Assembly (NCBI GenBank): GCA_913055945.1
Contig: CAJXKU010000002.1
Location: forward strand, 1 to 36,326
Reading direction: 5' to 3'
Source: an uncultured Lentisphaerota bacterium
GTDB taxonomy: Bacteria; Verrucomicrobiota; Lentisphaeria; Oligosphaerales; CAJXKU01
Length of the DNA: 36,326 nucleotides
Position 1 is the stretch's first letter, and each line of letters starts with the position of its first letter. This document shows, piece by piece, positions 1 through 7,477 of this stretch. The translations under genes were made by a program, and so were the position numbers. Under the pieces are notes generated by a model. That model was not told the DNA's origin. It saw nothing but the letters and a program-made list of their open reading frames with translations, and did no database searches.

Positions 1-198
1 CGAGTCTCATACGAGCCTGACCGCCGGCCAAAGTCCTGACACCCCAAACAAGAGACTAATCGGGGGTTTGACTGTAACGAATCGCTGAACGCAGTTCTCA
101 TACGAACCTGGCCGCCTAGGCAACCGTCGAATACCCCCCGGAACAGAGACAAACAGCGAAACAATGGTAAATACGCGCTGAACGCAGTTCTCATCCCC
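1..198. repeat. degenerate ~93-nt tandem repeat, about 2.2 copies, cut by the window edge
   Basis: The exact 19-mer cgctgaacgcagttctcat occurs at 83-101 and 176-194 (period 93). A diverged partial copy (cgagtctcatacgagcctgaccgcc) lies at 1-25. The segments between copies also align loosely (acaccccaaacaagagac vs ataccccccggaacagagac). Confidence 0.4.
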
Positions 199-271
199 TA
201 TACCAAAGCGAATCTTTGCTTATGTCTGTCTTTTCCTCCATAATTGGCATTAATTGTGCTAATCACCAACC

Positions 272-661
272 ATGAAGGTCGCAGTAACATTGTTCGGTGT
301 ACGCGTTTCGCCCAGGTTCGATGGCGCACCGCAGGTGCTTATCGTCGATACAGCGCAGGACGGCGAAAGGGCGCGCCAGATTGTCGATCTGTCGGTGCGG
401 TCAGCGCTGCAGCGCGTACAAACACTTAGAGAGTGGCAGGTGGACGTCGTGATCTGCGGCGCCATTGATCAGGCATCGTGTCACCTTTTATGTCAAGCCG
501 ACATCGAGTTATACAGCTGGGTAACGGGCACGGCAGAGGAGGCTTTGCAGTTGTTCCGCGAAGGGCGCTTAAGGTCCGGTGTGATACTTCGCGGTCGCGG
601 GAAACAGCCCCAGCGATGGCGCTTCAGGGCAGGCTGGGGATATCGTTTCGACAATGGCTGA
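272..661 (+). CDS. NifX/NafY-like (dinitrogenase FeMo-cofactor biosynthesis domain family) small protein
   Basis: 129-aa ATG-initiated ORF. The N-terminus MKVAVTLFGVRVSPRFDGAPQVLIVD fits the MKiAv...s..FG.a..f.ivD pattern of this family. It sits next to DUF5320 and MinD-ferredoxin genes, the usual partners. Motif recognition only. Confidence 0.65.
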   Translation: MKVAVTLFGVRVSPRFDGAPQVLIVDTAQDGERARQIVDLSVRSALQRVQTLREWQVDVVICGAIDQASCHLLCQADIELYSWVTGTAEEALQLFREGRLRSGVILRGRGKQPQRWRFRAGWGYRFDNG

Positions 662-724
662 TCAGCACCACACCAGTGGCCGTTCGGAAGAAAATGGAAA
701 CCAACCAAAAAGGAGGGAAACACT

Positions 725-1162
725 ATGCCACGAGGAAACGGAACAGGACCAGCAGGAATGGGACCGATGACAGGCAGAGCGGCAGGTTTTTGCGCGGGAT
801 ATGCCGTCCCGGGGTACATGAACCGGATGCCGAGCGGCGGCTTCGGTCGCAACCTTGGCCGGGGTCGGGGCTGGCGCAACTGGTACCGGGCCACCGGCAT
901 GCCTGGCTGGATGCGCGCAGCGCAGGGCCTTCCGGCATGGGGGGAACCCGGTTTTGCCGCCGCTCAAACGCCGCCTCCGCCGGCAGCAGCGAACAGTGCG
1001 TACGCCGCATCCCAGGCGGCCCCAACTGCAGAGCAGGAACTGGAAATGCTTCGCACTCAAGCCGAGCAGATGCAATCTGCCCTTGAAAATGTGCAAGAGC
1101 GCATCCAGGAACTCGAGCAGTGCCAGGACGGAGAAGAGCAGCCAAAGCAGAACTCCTCATAG
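725..1162 (+). CDS. DUF5320-family protein
   Basis: MPRGNGTGPAGMGPMTGRAAGFCAGY...GRGRGWRNWY Gly/Pro/Met-rich signature, followed by a C-terminal coiled coil (EQELEMLRTQAEQMQSALENVQERIQELE). Confidence 0.7.
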   Translation: MPRGNGTGPAGMGPMTGRAAGFCAGYAVPGYMNRMPSGGFGRNLGRGRGWRNWYRATGMPGWMRAAQGLPAWGEPGFAAAQTPPPPAAANSAYAASQAAPTAEQELEMLRTQAEQMQSALENVQERIQELEQCQDGEEQPKQNSS

Positions 1163-1202
1163 CCGGATGCATTCACGCATAGAATTCGACTTACATGGAA
1201 GT

Positions 1203-2072
1203 TTATTTGAACTCAAGACTCGTTGCGACGGGGCACGGGAATACGCGATCCGGAAATTCCCGCCAAAGGCGGGCCGCTGCCGTAAACCCCGTGCAATGAA
1301 GCGGGTAAAGGTATTGTACGTCGAATTCGCGCAAGGCCTCAACGGTCTTACGCATTCGCGATTCGTCAGCCGCGGTCAGATGCGTGCCGCCGATTACCGT
1401 GTGTATAGGGCGTCCGGGAAACAGCTCCTTCACATACCGAAGAGTGTTGATCAGACCAGCGTGGGCACAGCCGAGGACAGCCACGACGCCGTCATGCGTG
1501 TCCATAACCGCCGCCTGATCATCCACAAGGTGATCCGGGCGCCTGCACTGAGTGTCTGTAAAGAAAGCTCCGCCGGTGTCTTCATAATCCGTGGTTCTGG
1601 GCACAGGCCCCGTGCACCAGAATCCTCCACATACGTTCACGGGGTGTTCGGTAAATATGGGGGTACCGCATGCGTCTAACGCATCCCGGCTTTCACCGGG
1701 CATGCCGACGTCCCTTACCGTACCATCGAGGTTTTCGGCATATTTTTCCGCAAGTGCGTGCGGGTGAAGATAAACGTTGATCCGGCCCGTCTGGCCCTGA
1801 ACCGTCGCCAATCCGCCGGTATGGTCATAATGGCCGTGGCTCAACACAATTGATTCAGCTGCGGGCGGATCTATGTTCAGTGCGCGGGCATTGCGCCGGA
1901 CGAGTTCTGTCTGCCCAGTATCGAAAAGGATGCGCTTTGTGCCGACTTCAATCCAGAGCGCCAGCCCGTGCTCTCCCAGCAGACCGCGCCACTGGGCCGT
2001 ATTTTCTACAAGAACTGTAATACGAAATGCGCTCATCTTTTGGTGCTCCGCAGGATTATTGCTCATTCTCAC
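1203..2072 (-). CDS. MBL-fold metallo-hydrolase (MJ0301/MptB-like subfamily)
   Basis: HGHYDHTGG metal-binding motif and the ITVLVENT...EHGLALWIE...ILFDTGQ N-terminal pattern. The likely true start is the ATG at 2036 (MSAFRITVLVEN); the ORF-track start at 2072 is a GTG. Confidence 0.8.
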   Translation of the reverse strand: MRMSNNPAEHQKMSAFRITVLVENTAQWRGLLGEHGLALWIEVGTKRILFDTGQTELVRRNARALNIDPPAAESIVLSHGHYDHTGGLATVQGQTGRINVYLHPHALAEKYAENLDGTVRDVGMPGESRDALDACGTPIFTEHPVNVCGGFWCTGPVPRTTDYEDTGGAFFTDTQCRRPDHLVDDQAAVMDTHDGVVAVLGCAHAGLINTLRYVKELFPGRPIHTVIGGTHLTAADESRMRKTVEALREFDVQYLYPLHCTGFTAAARLWREFPDRVFPCPVATSLEFK

Positions 2073-2087
2073 TCGACGTTGTTCTAT

Positions 2088-2426
2088 TTATCGGGTGGTT
2101 GTTTTGGTCCAGATAGCCAAGCGCCGAGACGTGTTGCTCTGCTTCGAGATCATTATACCACGCATAGTGTGGTGTATTTCAAGTGCGTTTACATAATGTG
2201 GCGTTATTTTTCTTTTACGAAGTGGTTCACAATATGCTGGCTGCCAATGACCGCCGGTTTCAGGTGTCAGGTGTTGGATTTCAACATTCAGACTCCCCTG
2301 AAACCAGCCCAGCAGATTACGCACCAATTCGTAAGTTATGCTTCCGCCCTTATGTGATTTGTTGAAACGATAATCAACGAACGTTTCGTCAATGCAATTC
2401 CGATACAGAACACTAGAACCAAGCAC
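2088..2426 (-). CDS. hypothetical protein (weak call)
   Basis: 112-codon GTG-initiated ORF that exactly fills the gap between two co-oriented genes. No recognisable motif, and visibly more AT-rich than its neighbours. Confidence 0.3.
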   Translation of the reverse strand: MLGSSVLYRNCIDETFVDYRFNKSHKGGSITYELVRNLLGWFQGSLNVEIQHLTPETGGHWQPAYCEPLRKRKITPHYVNALEIHHTMRGIMISKQSNTSRRLAIWTKTTTR

Positions 2427-2501
2427 TGCTCCTGAGCACGAAAGGCGGGATTTGTCCTGCGCCTTTTCAGTACCGGTTCTATCGCTGCTGAACCCTGTAC
2501 G

Positions 2502-4373
2502 TTATGCCTCGGCAATTGCCTGCTTCAAGTTCTCCCAGAGCTCTTCGACGGTCTTTTTCGCTTGACTTTCGCCGTATTCGACAATGGTTTTACCTTCGGT
2601 AAGGGCATCATTGACAGCCTGGTCGAAGGGAATATGTCCGATGACCATTGATCCGTGGTCCTGCGCGATTTCTTCAATGCGTCGGCTCTGCTGCGGATTG
2701 AGATCGGATTTGTTGATCGCGACGACAGTCGGAATGCCGAAATGGGCGGTAAGCTGCAACACGCGCTCCATGTCATGTACGCCTGACACGGTAGGCTCGG
2801 TAACAATCATCACCAGGTCCGCCCCTGTGACCGAAGCTATAACGGGGCATCCCGTGCCCGGCGGACCGTCGCCCAGGATCAACGGTTGTCCCAGTTCATC
2901 GGTGAGTTCCCCCGCACGGAGGCGAACCTGTGTAACAAGACGACCCGAATTCTCTTCGGCAATTCCCAGGCGCGCGTGAACCATCGGGCCGAACTTTGTC
3001 CCCGACACATGCCAACGGCCCGAGACATTCTGTTCGCTGCGGATGGCTTCTGTGGGACAGACCAGGCGGCACAAACCACAGCCTTCGCAGGCCAAAGGCT
3101 CTACCCGATATGTCCGGTCCACTATGTCATTGGCCGGACCGTCGAACCGGATGGCGTCAAAGTGACATGCTTCGGCGCACTTACCGCAACCGATGCATTT
3201 GTCCGGCTCAACCATTGCTTTCCTGCCACCGACGAAATCGTGTCCTTCGTACACCGTGGGGGCCAGCAGAAGATGCAGGTCAGCGGCGTCTACATCATTA
3301 TCGGATAAGACCTTATTGTCCGCCAAGTGCGCCAGCGCCCCCATCACCGTGGTTTTGCCGGCGCCGCCTTTACCGCTGATTACGGCCACATCTTTATACG
3401 AGTCTGCGGTTCCTTTCTCAAAATCCGGCGTCTGCTCTTCCGCGAGCTCAAAGATACACTCCTCGGGCTCCGGCGGTCGCGCAGTGTTCAGGTTATCATA
3501 GATATCTAAAAGGTTCTCCCGCATATCAGGGAATGCTTCCGCTATGATCCCCCCGCCTGAATAGACTTCGGCGTATGCTCTATGGAAGGGAATTCGTCCC
3601 GAAATGGGCAGCCCCACATCGGCGGCATAGTCCGCAATGATTCTGTCTTCACCATCGGATCGATTCACAATGATCCCGCTCGGTACGCCTACTTTGAGGG
3701 ACAGACCTACAGCGAGCCTCAAGTCATTCAGCCCAAACGGCGTCGGCTCTGTGACCAGAAATACCGCATCGGCTCCCTCTACAGCTTCCACTACGGGACA
3801 CCCGGTACCGGGCGAAGCGTCAATGATGTTGATCGCTCCCGGGTCGATGCAGCTTTTGACCTCCTGAACCACGTTGGGGGCAAGTGCCTCGCCGATGTTC
3901 AACATGCCGTGAGCAAAAAAGAAGCCTTTCGTGTGCCTGTCTATCTGAACTTTCCCGATCGATGCTTCCTGTTCCGAGATGGCCCCTTCCGGACAGATGT
4001 ACGAGCACACACCGCACGCATGGCAGATCTCATTGAAAATGAGGACCTTGCCTTTTACCACAGCCACGGCATTGTAATTACACGCCTCGGCGCACCTTCC
4101 GCAAGCGGTGCATTTCTCGGCATCCCAGACCGGCTTCGGAACCGTTACGGCATGCTCTTGATGAATATCCGGCTTGATAAAGAGATGGTCGTTGGGTTCC
4201 TCCACGTCGCCGTCCAGGAGCCGAACATTTTCGCCACGTGCGGCAAGCGCATATGCCAGGTTCACCGCGAATGTCGTTTTGCCTGTACCACCTTTTCCAC
4301 TTGCAACCGTAATAACCATCCGTGTATAAGCCTTTCCCAAAATAGATTCACGCTTCCCGGCCGACTCAAGCAC
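2502..4373 (-). CDS. tandem fusion of two MinD/ParA-type P-loop ATPase modules, each with a 2x[4Fe-4S] ferredoxin insert
   Basis: Two Walker A motifs (ASGKGGTGKTT near the N-terminus; ISGKGGAGKTT mid-protein). Two pairs of CxxCxxCxxxC clusters (CTACGRCAEAC / CHACGVCSYIC and CIGCGKCAEAC / CEGCGLCRLVC). The two halves are alignable with each other by eye. Confidence 0.85.
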   Translation of the reverse strand: MLESAGKRESILGKAYTRMVITVASGKGGTGKTTFAVNLAYALAARGENVRLLDGDVEEPNDHLFIKPDIHQEHAVTVPKPVWDAEKCTACGRCAEACNYNAVAVVKGKVLIFNEICHACGVCSYICPEGAISEQEASIGKVQIDRHTKGFFFAHGMLNIGEALAPNVVQEVKSCIDPGAINIIDASPGTGCPVVEAVEGADAVFLVTEPTPFGLNDLRLAVGLSLKVGVPSGIIVNRSDGEDRIIADYAADVGLPISGRIPFHRAYAEVYSGGGIIAEAFPDMRENLLDIYDNLNTARPPEPEECIFELAEEQTPDFEKGTADSYKDVAVISGKGGAGKTTVMGALAHLADNKVLSDNDVDAADLHLLLAPTVYEGHDFVGGRKAMVEPDKCIGCGKCAEACHFDAIRFDGPANDIVDRTYRVEPLACEGCGLCRLVCPTEAIRSEQNVSGRWHVSGTKFGPMVHARLGIAEENSGRLVTQVRLRAGELTDELGQPLILGDGPPGTGCPVIASVTGADLVMIVTEPTVSGVHDMERVLQLTAHFGIPTVVAINKSDLNPQQSRRIEEIAQDHGSMVIGHIPFDQAVNDALTEGKTIVEYGESQAKKTVEELWENLKQAIAEA

Positions 4374-4772
4374 CCTTCTCCCGTTGGTAGCAACTTATGT
4401 GCCAGCGTGAATTCACTAACAGCTTAACGGCTTGAGGGCGCCCATGTTCGATGAACAGAGTCCGGCGCGAGCGGAAAAGCGACGCTTGCACATTGCAACG
4501 ACGGGTTCTCAATTGCGTTGCACGTTGCACAGGAACACGAAGAACGGAAACGAGAGAACGAATAACCGATACACCGCCACACTGATACACCCTCCGAAGC
4601 GGACCGCAAAGCGGTCCGGGTAGGTAGCCACGGGTGTGAACCCGTGGGCTCGGGGATGCCCACCACCGATATGCGCCCCAAAGCGGGCGCGGGTGAGTTT
4701 TCTCATGTATAGCCACAAAAAGTCACAAAAAGGCACGAAAAAAATGTGGCTTCGGAAGAAGCAGGAACGATA

Positions 4773-4852
4773 GGACCACAGGACCACGGGACTACAGGAC
4801 GATGGGACTACGGGACTATGGGACTGCTGGACTATGGGACTGCTGGACTGTG
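4773..4852. repeat. octanucleotide microsatellite, 10 units of GGACNNNN
   Basis: ggaccaca ggaccacg ggactaca ggacgatg ggactacg ggactatg ggactgct ggactatg ggactgct ggactgtg, read directly. An 8-nt period is incompatible with coding. Confidence 0.9.
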
Positions 4853-4912
4853 ATACAAGGAAGCGCGAGGCACGGAGAACGAGCCCCCGGCACACCGCCA
4901 GACCGGAGCACC

Positions 4913-4960
4913 GATACACTGGTACACCGCTACACCGCTACACCGCTACACCGATACACC
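4913..4960. repeat. octanucleotide microsatellite, 6 units of GNTACACY
   Basis: gatacact ggtacacc gctacacc gctacacc gctacacc gatacacc, immediately 5' of repeat core 2. A 3-unit version lies at 4568-4591, 5' of core 1. Confidence 0.9.
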
Positions 4961-5130
4961 CTCCGAAGCGGACCGCGAAGCGGTCCAGGTGGGTAGCCAC
5001 GGGTGTGAACCCGTGGGATCGGGGATGCCACCACCCATATGCGCCCCAAAGTGGGCGCGGGCGAGTTTTCTCATGTATAGCCACAAAAAGTCACAAAAAA
5101 AATATGGCTTCGGAAGAACCAGGAACTATA

Positions 5131-5186
5131 GGACCATAGGACCACAGGACCACAGGACCACAGGACCACAGGACGACGGGACTGAA
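5131..5186. repeat. octanucleotide microsatellite, 7 units of GGACNNNN
   Basis: ggaccata ggaccaca x4 ggacgacg ggactgaa, immediately 3' of repeat core 2. Confidence 0.9.
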
Positions 5187-5236
5187 GGATGACACGTCAG
5201 TCACAGGGAACCGTTTTACTGACGAACCGACTTCCC

Positions 5237-5308
5237 GGTACACCACTACACTGCTACACCGATACACCGCCACACTGGTACACCGCCACACTGGTACACG
5301 GGTACACC
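5237..5308. repeat. octanucleotide microsatellite, 9 units of (G/A)NNACACN
   Basis: ggtacacc actacact gctacacc gatacacc gccacact ggtacacc gccacact ggtacacg ggtacacc, immediately 5' of repeat core 3. Confidence 0.9.
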
Positions 5309-6411
5309 CTCCGAAGCGGACCGCGAAGCGGTCCAGGTGGGTAGCCACGGGTGTGAACCCGTGGGCATGGGGATACCCCAACCACATCTGCGCCCCAAAG
5401 CGGGCGCGGGTGAGAATCCGGGGACATTCTCCTATGCGTACAATGTTTCTTTAACCACGAAGGCCACGAAGAACACAAAGATGCTAAGAAAATTGAGCCT
5501 CAAGAAGGCCAGCATTTTCAGTCAACGGCGAATCACGTGAATATAAGTGGTTAGTTGGACATTGATGTTATTCGCGTCTACTCGCGTGATTAGCGGTTTT
5601 CTTATATTCTTTCTTTACATTCTCCGCGCCTCTGCACGATAACACAAATGACATATGGATATTTATGCTCGCACGGAGCCATGAAGAGCACGGGAAGTGA
5701 TAGCTTACCGGTGGCATAGGAGGAGCGCCAGTAGAATTGCTGACGCAAAGCAAAACTTCGTGACGCTGGCTTTGCGTTCCTTGTTGCTCTTTGTGGTTCA
5801 CTCATATTTACGTTAATCACCTAATTCTCGATATAATGTTATGTTGTAATTGGTGATTTTTAAAGCCAAGCAACGGCCATTTTCGGGCTGATTAAATCAC
5901 ATTTTTCTTGGATAACTAAGACTTTCTATTAACAAAAAAGGAAAGGATGAAATTATGCGCACGGCACGAATCAGGAATTGATCGGGAGCGGTGTTATTCT
6001 CATGTTGTAAACCGGGTGTCAGGCATGCCGGGGTATCTCCCCTTCGAGAAACACATTTACGAAGAAAATGTGTTTTTTCGGTCAGGAGCGCATGCGGAAG
6101 AAAAGATTTGAACAAGACGAGAGCTCCGGTCTTGTCTCCTTCTGCCAACTGCGCAAAGCCGAGCTTTGAAAGCGGTTTATCCACGTAAAATGCAATCATC
6201 CAGACCCCTTTTTCCCGTCCGGATTGTGTCGCCTTCCCGCTTAAAACAGGCTACGAAAGACCGGAATACGGCTTTCATTCCGCTCTCATTTCTGATCGCT
6301 GGCTTCATTTTCTAAAAATCTTCCCCTTAAAATTAGAGACGCTTTCTCAGCGAAATTGGTACACCGATGCTATGCTATAGCTCGGTTGTCTCCAGGTTTC
6401 ATATCTGCCCT

Positions 6412-6726
6412 TTATCTATATTTCTCTTTTGTTCGGTAATGCCAGTACGCTGGCTTACGACGGTGATGGGCAACAGCCATAATTTCGACCGTTTCTTGTT
6501 GATAGCGGTAGATTACCGCATAAGGAAAGCGATGGAGATTCAACCGATGAATACGGGGCATGTCGGCGTAATTAGGTCAAGTATCAGGATTCTGAATGAT
6601 TCGGTCGATTGCACGGTCAACTTCATCAAAAAATTCAATGCCGAGATGCTCACATTCGTCTTCGTACCAAGCAATCGCCGCATCCAGCTCTTTCTGAGCG
6701 TGGGGATGTATTCGTACGTCAGGCAT
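6412..6726 (-). pseudogene. ParE/RelE-family toxin interrupted by an in-frame TGA (codon 50, at 6577-6579)
   Basis: My translation of the minus strand from the ATG at 6726 gives MPDVRIHPHAQKELDAAIAWYEDECEHLGIEFFDEVDRAIDRIIQNPDT*PNYADMPRIHRLNLHRFPYAVIYRYQQETVEIMAVAHHRRKPAYWHYRTKEKYR*. The same frame continues on both sides of the TGA. The HRFPYAVIYR...VEI.AV.H.RR.P.YW C-terminus is a classic ParE/RelE pattern. The start overlaps the antitoxin stop (6719-6721) by 8 nt. It is absent from the ORF track because neither piece reaches 60 aa. Confidence 0.75.
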
Positions 6727-6982
6727 GGTATTTGGCCTTAATCTCGTCCCTTACTTCCTCCCAGGGACGGCAATGGGCTTCTCCCTGATCAATCTGCCTG
6801 ACTCGCTTTTCAATCTCTTCCTGCCAAGCCAACTCAATTTCCACTTGTGCTTCATCCCCTGGTTCAAGACTTGTAATCAGTCTTTCCGCGATGCGAGCAC
6901 GCTCGGGCTCAGGCAGGTGAAGTGCGTCCTCCAGTATATCGTTAGATTTTGTCATGTTAGGTTTGTCCTCTATTGAATTCAT
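6719..6982 (-). CDS. addiction-module antitoxin (the 'putative addiction module component' family that pairs with ParE/RelE toxins)
   Basis: ILEDALHLPEPERARIAERLITSLEP...IE.AWQEEIEKRVRQIDQGEA...W.EV pattern. It lies directly upstream of, and overlaps, the toxin reading frame. An alternative start is the ATG at 6955 (MTKSNDILEDAL). Confidence 0.7.
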   Translation of the reverse strand: MNSIEDKPNMTKSNDILEDALHLPEPERARIAERLITSLEPGDEAQVEIELAWQEEIEKRVRQIDQGEAHCRPWEEVRDEIKAKYHA

Positions 6983-7477
6983 TCACCGCTTTATTTTTCT
7001 AATTATAGCGCAACTAGTCCTTACTCGCAAGGCATAATTCTTAAGGTAGCCAACTTCTAGATTCACTTTCAGTTTATAAATTCCATAGGAACTTATTCTG
7101 CTGGAGCCGTACATTGGTTTTTGTGTTTTGTCAAATATCCGGCGCGTTCACTTATGTTTTTTCCGCTACAAAAAGGTTCACTTTTAGACTTTCGCTTTTA
7201 TAACTTATACGGAACACATATCCCCCGTCCCTAATCGTCGATTCTCGTCGTGGAGAAACATTGAAAGGCCAAAAGCCGCCGGAGCTTCCGGCGTATAAAG
7301 TGAGGCGTAACAGTGTATGCAAAATGGACGTTCACACCTATAGTTACAATTGCTCAAACAGGAATTTTTCTGTCAGCATGGGTTACACGATGTTCTCCGA
7401 AAGAGGAAGATCGAGTGATCGCACTATCGTTCTGTGTCGTCGTTACCAGCTGACCGGACATGCGTTTTGGGGAAACG

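Larger units (their letters stand above)
4568..5414. repeat. higher-order tandem repeat: 2.7 units of ~350-370 nt, each = octamer array A + 3-hairpin core + A-rich segment + octamer array B
   Basis: Near-identical cores start at 4584, 4953 and 5301 (..tacaccctccgaagcggaccgc[a/g]aagcggtcc.ggt.ggtagccacgggtgtgaacccgtgg...gcgccccaaag[c/t]gggcgcggg[t/c]gag). Copies 1 and 2 continue through ttttctcatgtatagccacaaaaagtcacaaaaa...atggcttcggaagaa. Copy 3 is truncated after gggtgag (5414). Confidence 0.85.

Noticed and set aside
4568-5414. Possible CRISPR array (regularly recurring conserved segments separated by variable sequence); the same idea applies to 1-198
   Set aside because: The recurring unit is ~180 nt and spaced 350-370 nt, far outside CRISPR repeat and spacer sizes. 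The 'spacers' are themselves 8-nt microsatellites or mutually homologous. No cas genes are in the window.
4366-5478. ORF-track reading frames through the repeat region (4366-4716, 4509-4919, 4834-5139, 5091-5387, 5254-5478 and others)
   Set aside because: They overlap each other on both strands. Their peptides are simply translated repeats (for example PRAHGFTPVAT..., GPQDHRTTGPQD). An 8-nt periodicity cannot be maintained by coding selection, and none has an RBS or a family motif.
5568-6310. ORFs in the AT-rich stretch (5568-5801, 5602-5820, 5897-6199) and a possible frameshifted gene remnant around 5897-6310
   Set aside because: There are no recognisable motifs, the ORFs overlap each other, and start signals are poor. 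The 100-aa ORF and an upstream 43-codon frame could be pieces of a decayed gene, but I cannot support that from sequence alone.
6577-6579. The TGA in the toxin gene read as a sense codon (Trp/Gly recoding or selenocysteine)
   Set aside because: TGA terminates many confidently identified genes in this window, including the antitoxin, the helicase, the primase and the ParB-like gene. I saw no SECIS-like hairpin immediately downstream. A nonsense mutation is the simpler explanation.
6367-6741. 124-aa plus-strand ORF
   Set aside because: It is antisense to the well-supported, though interrupted, ParE/RelE reading frame. It has no motif and no RBS.
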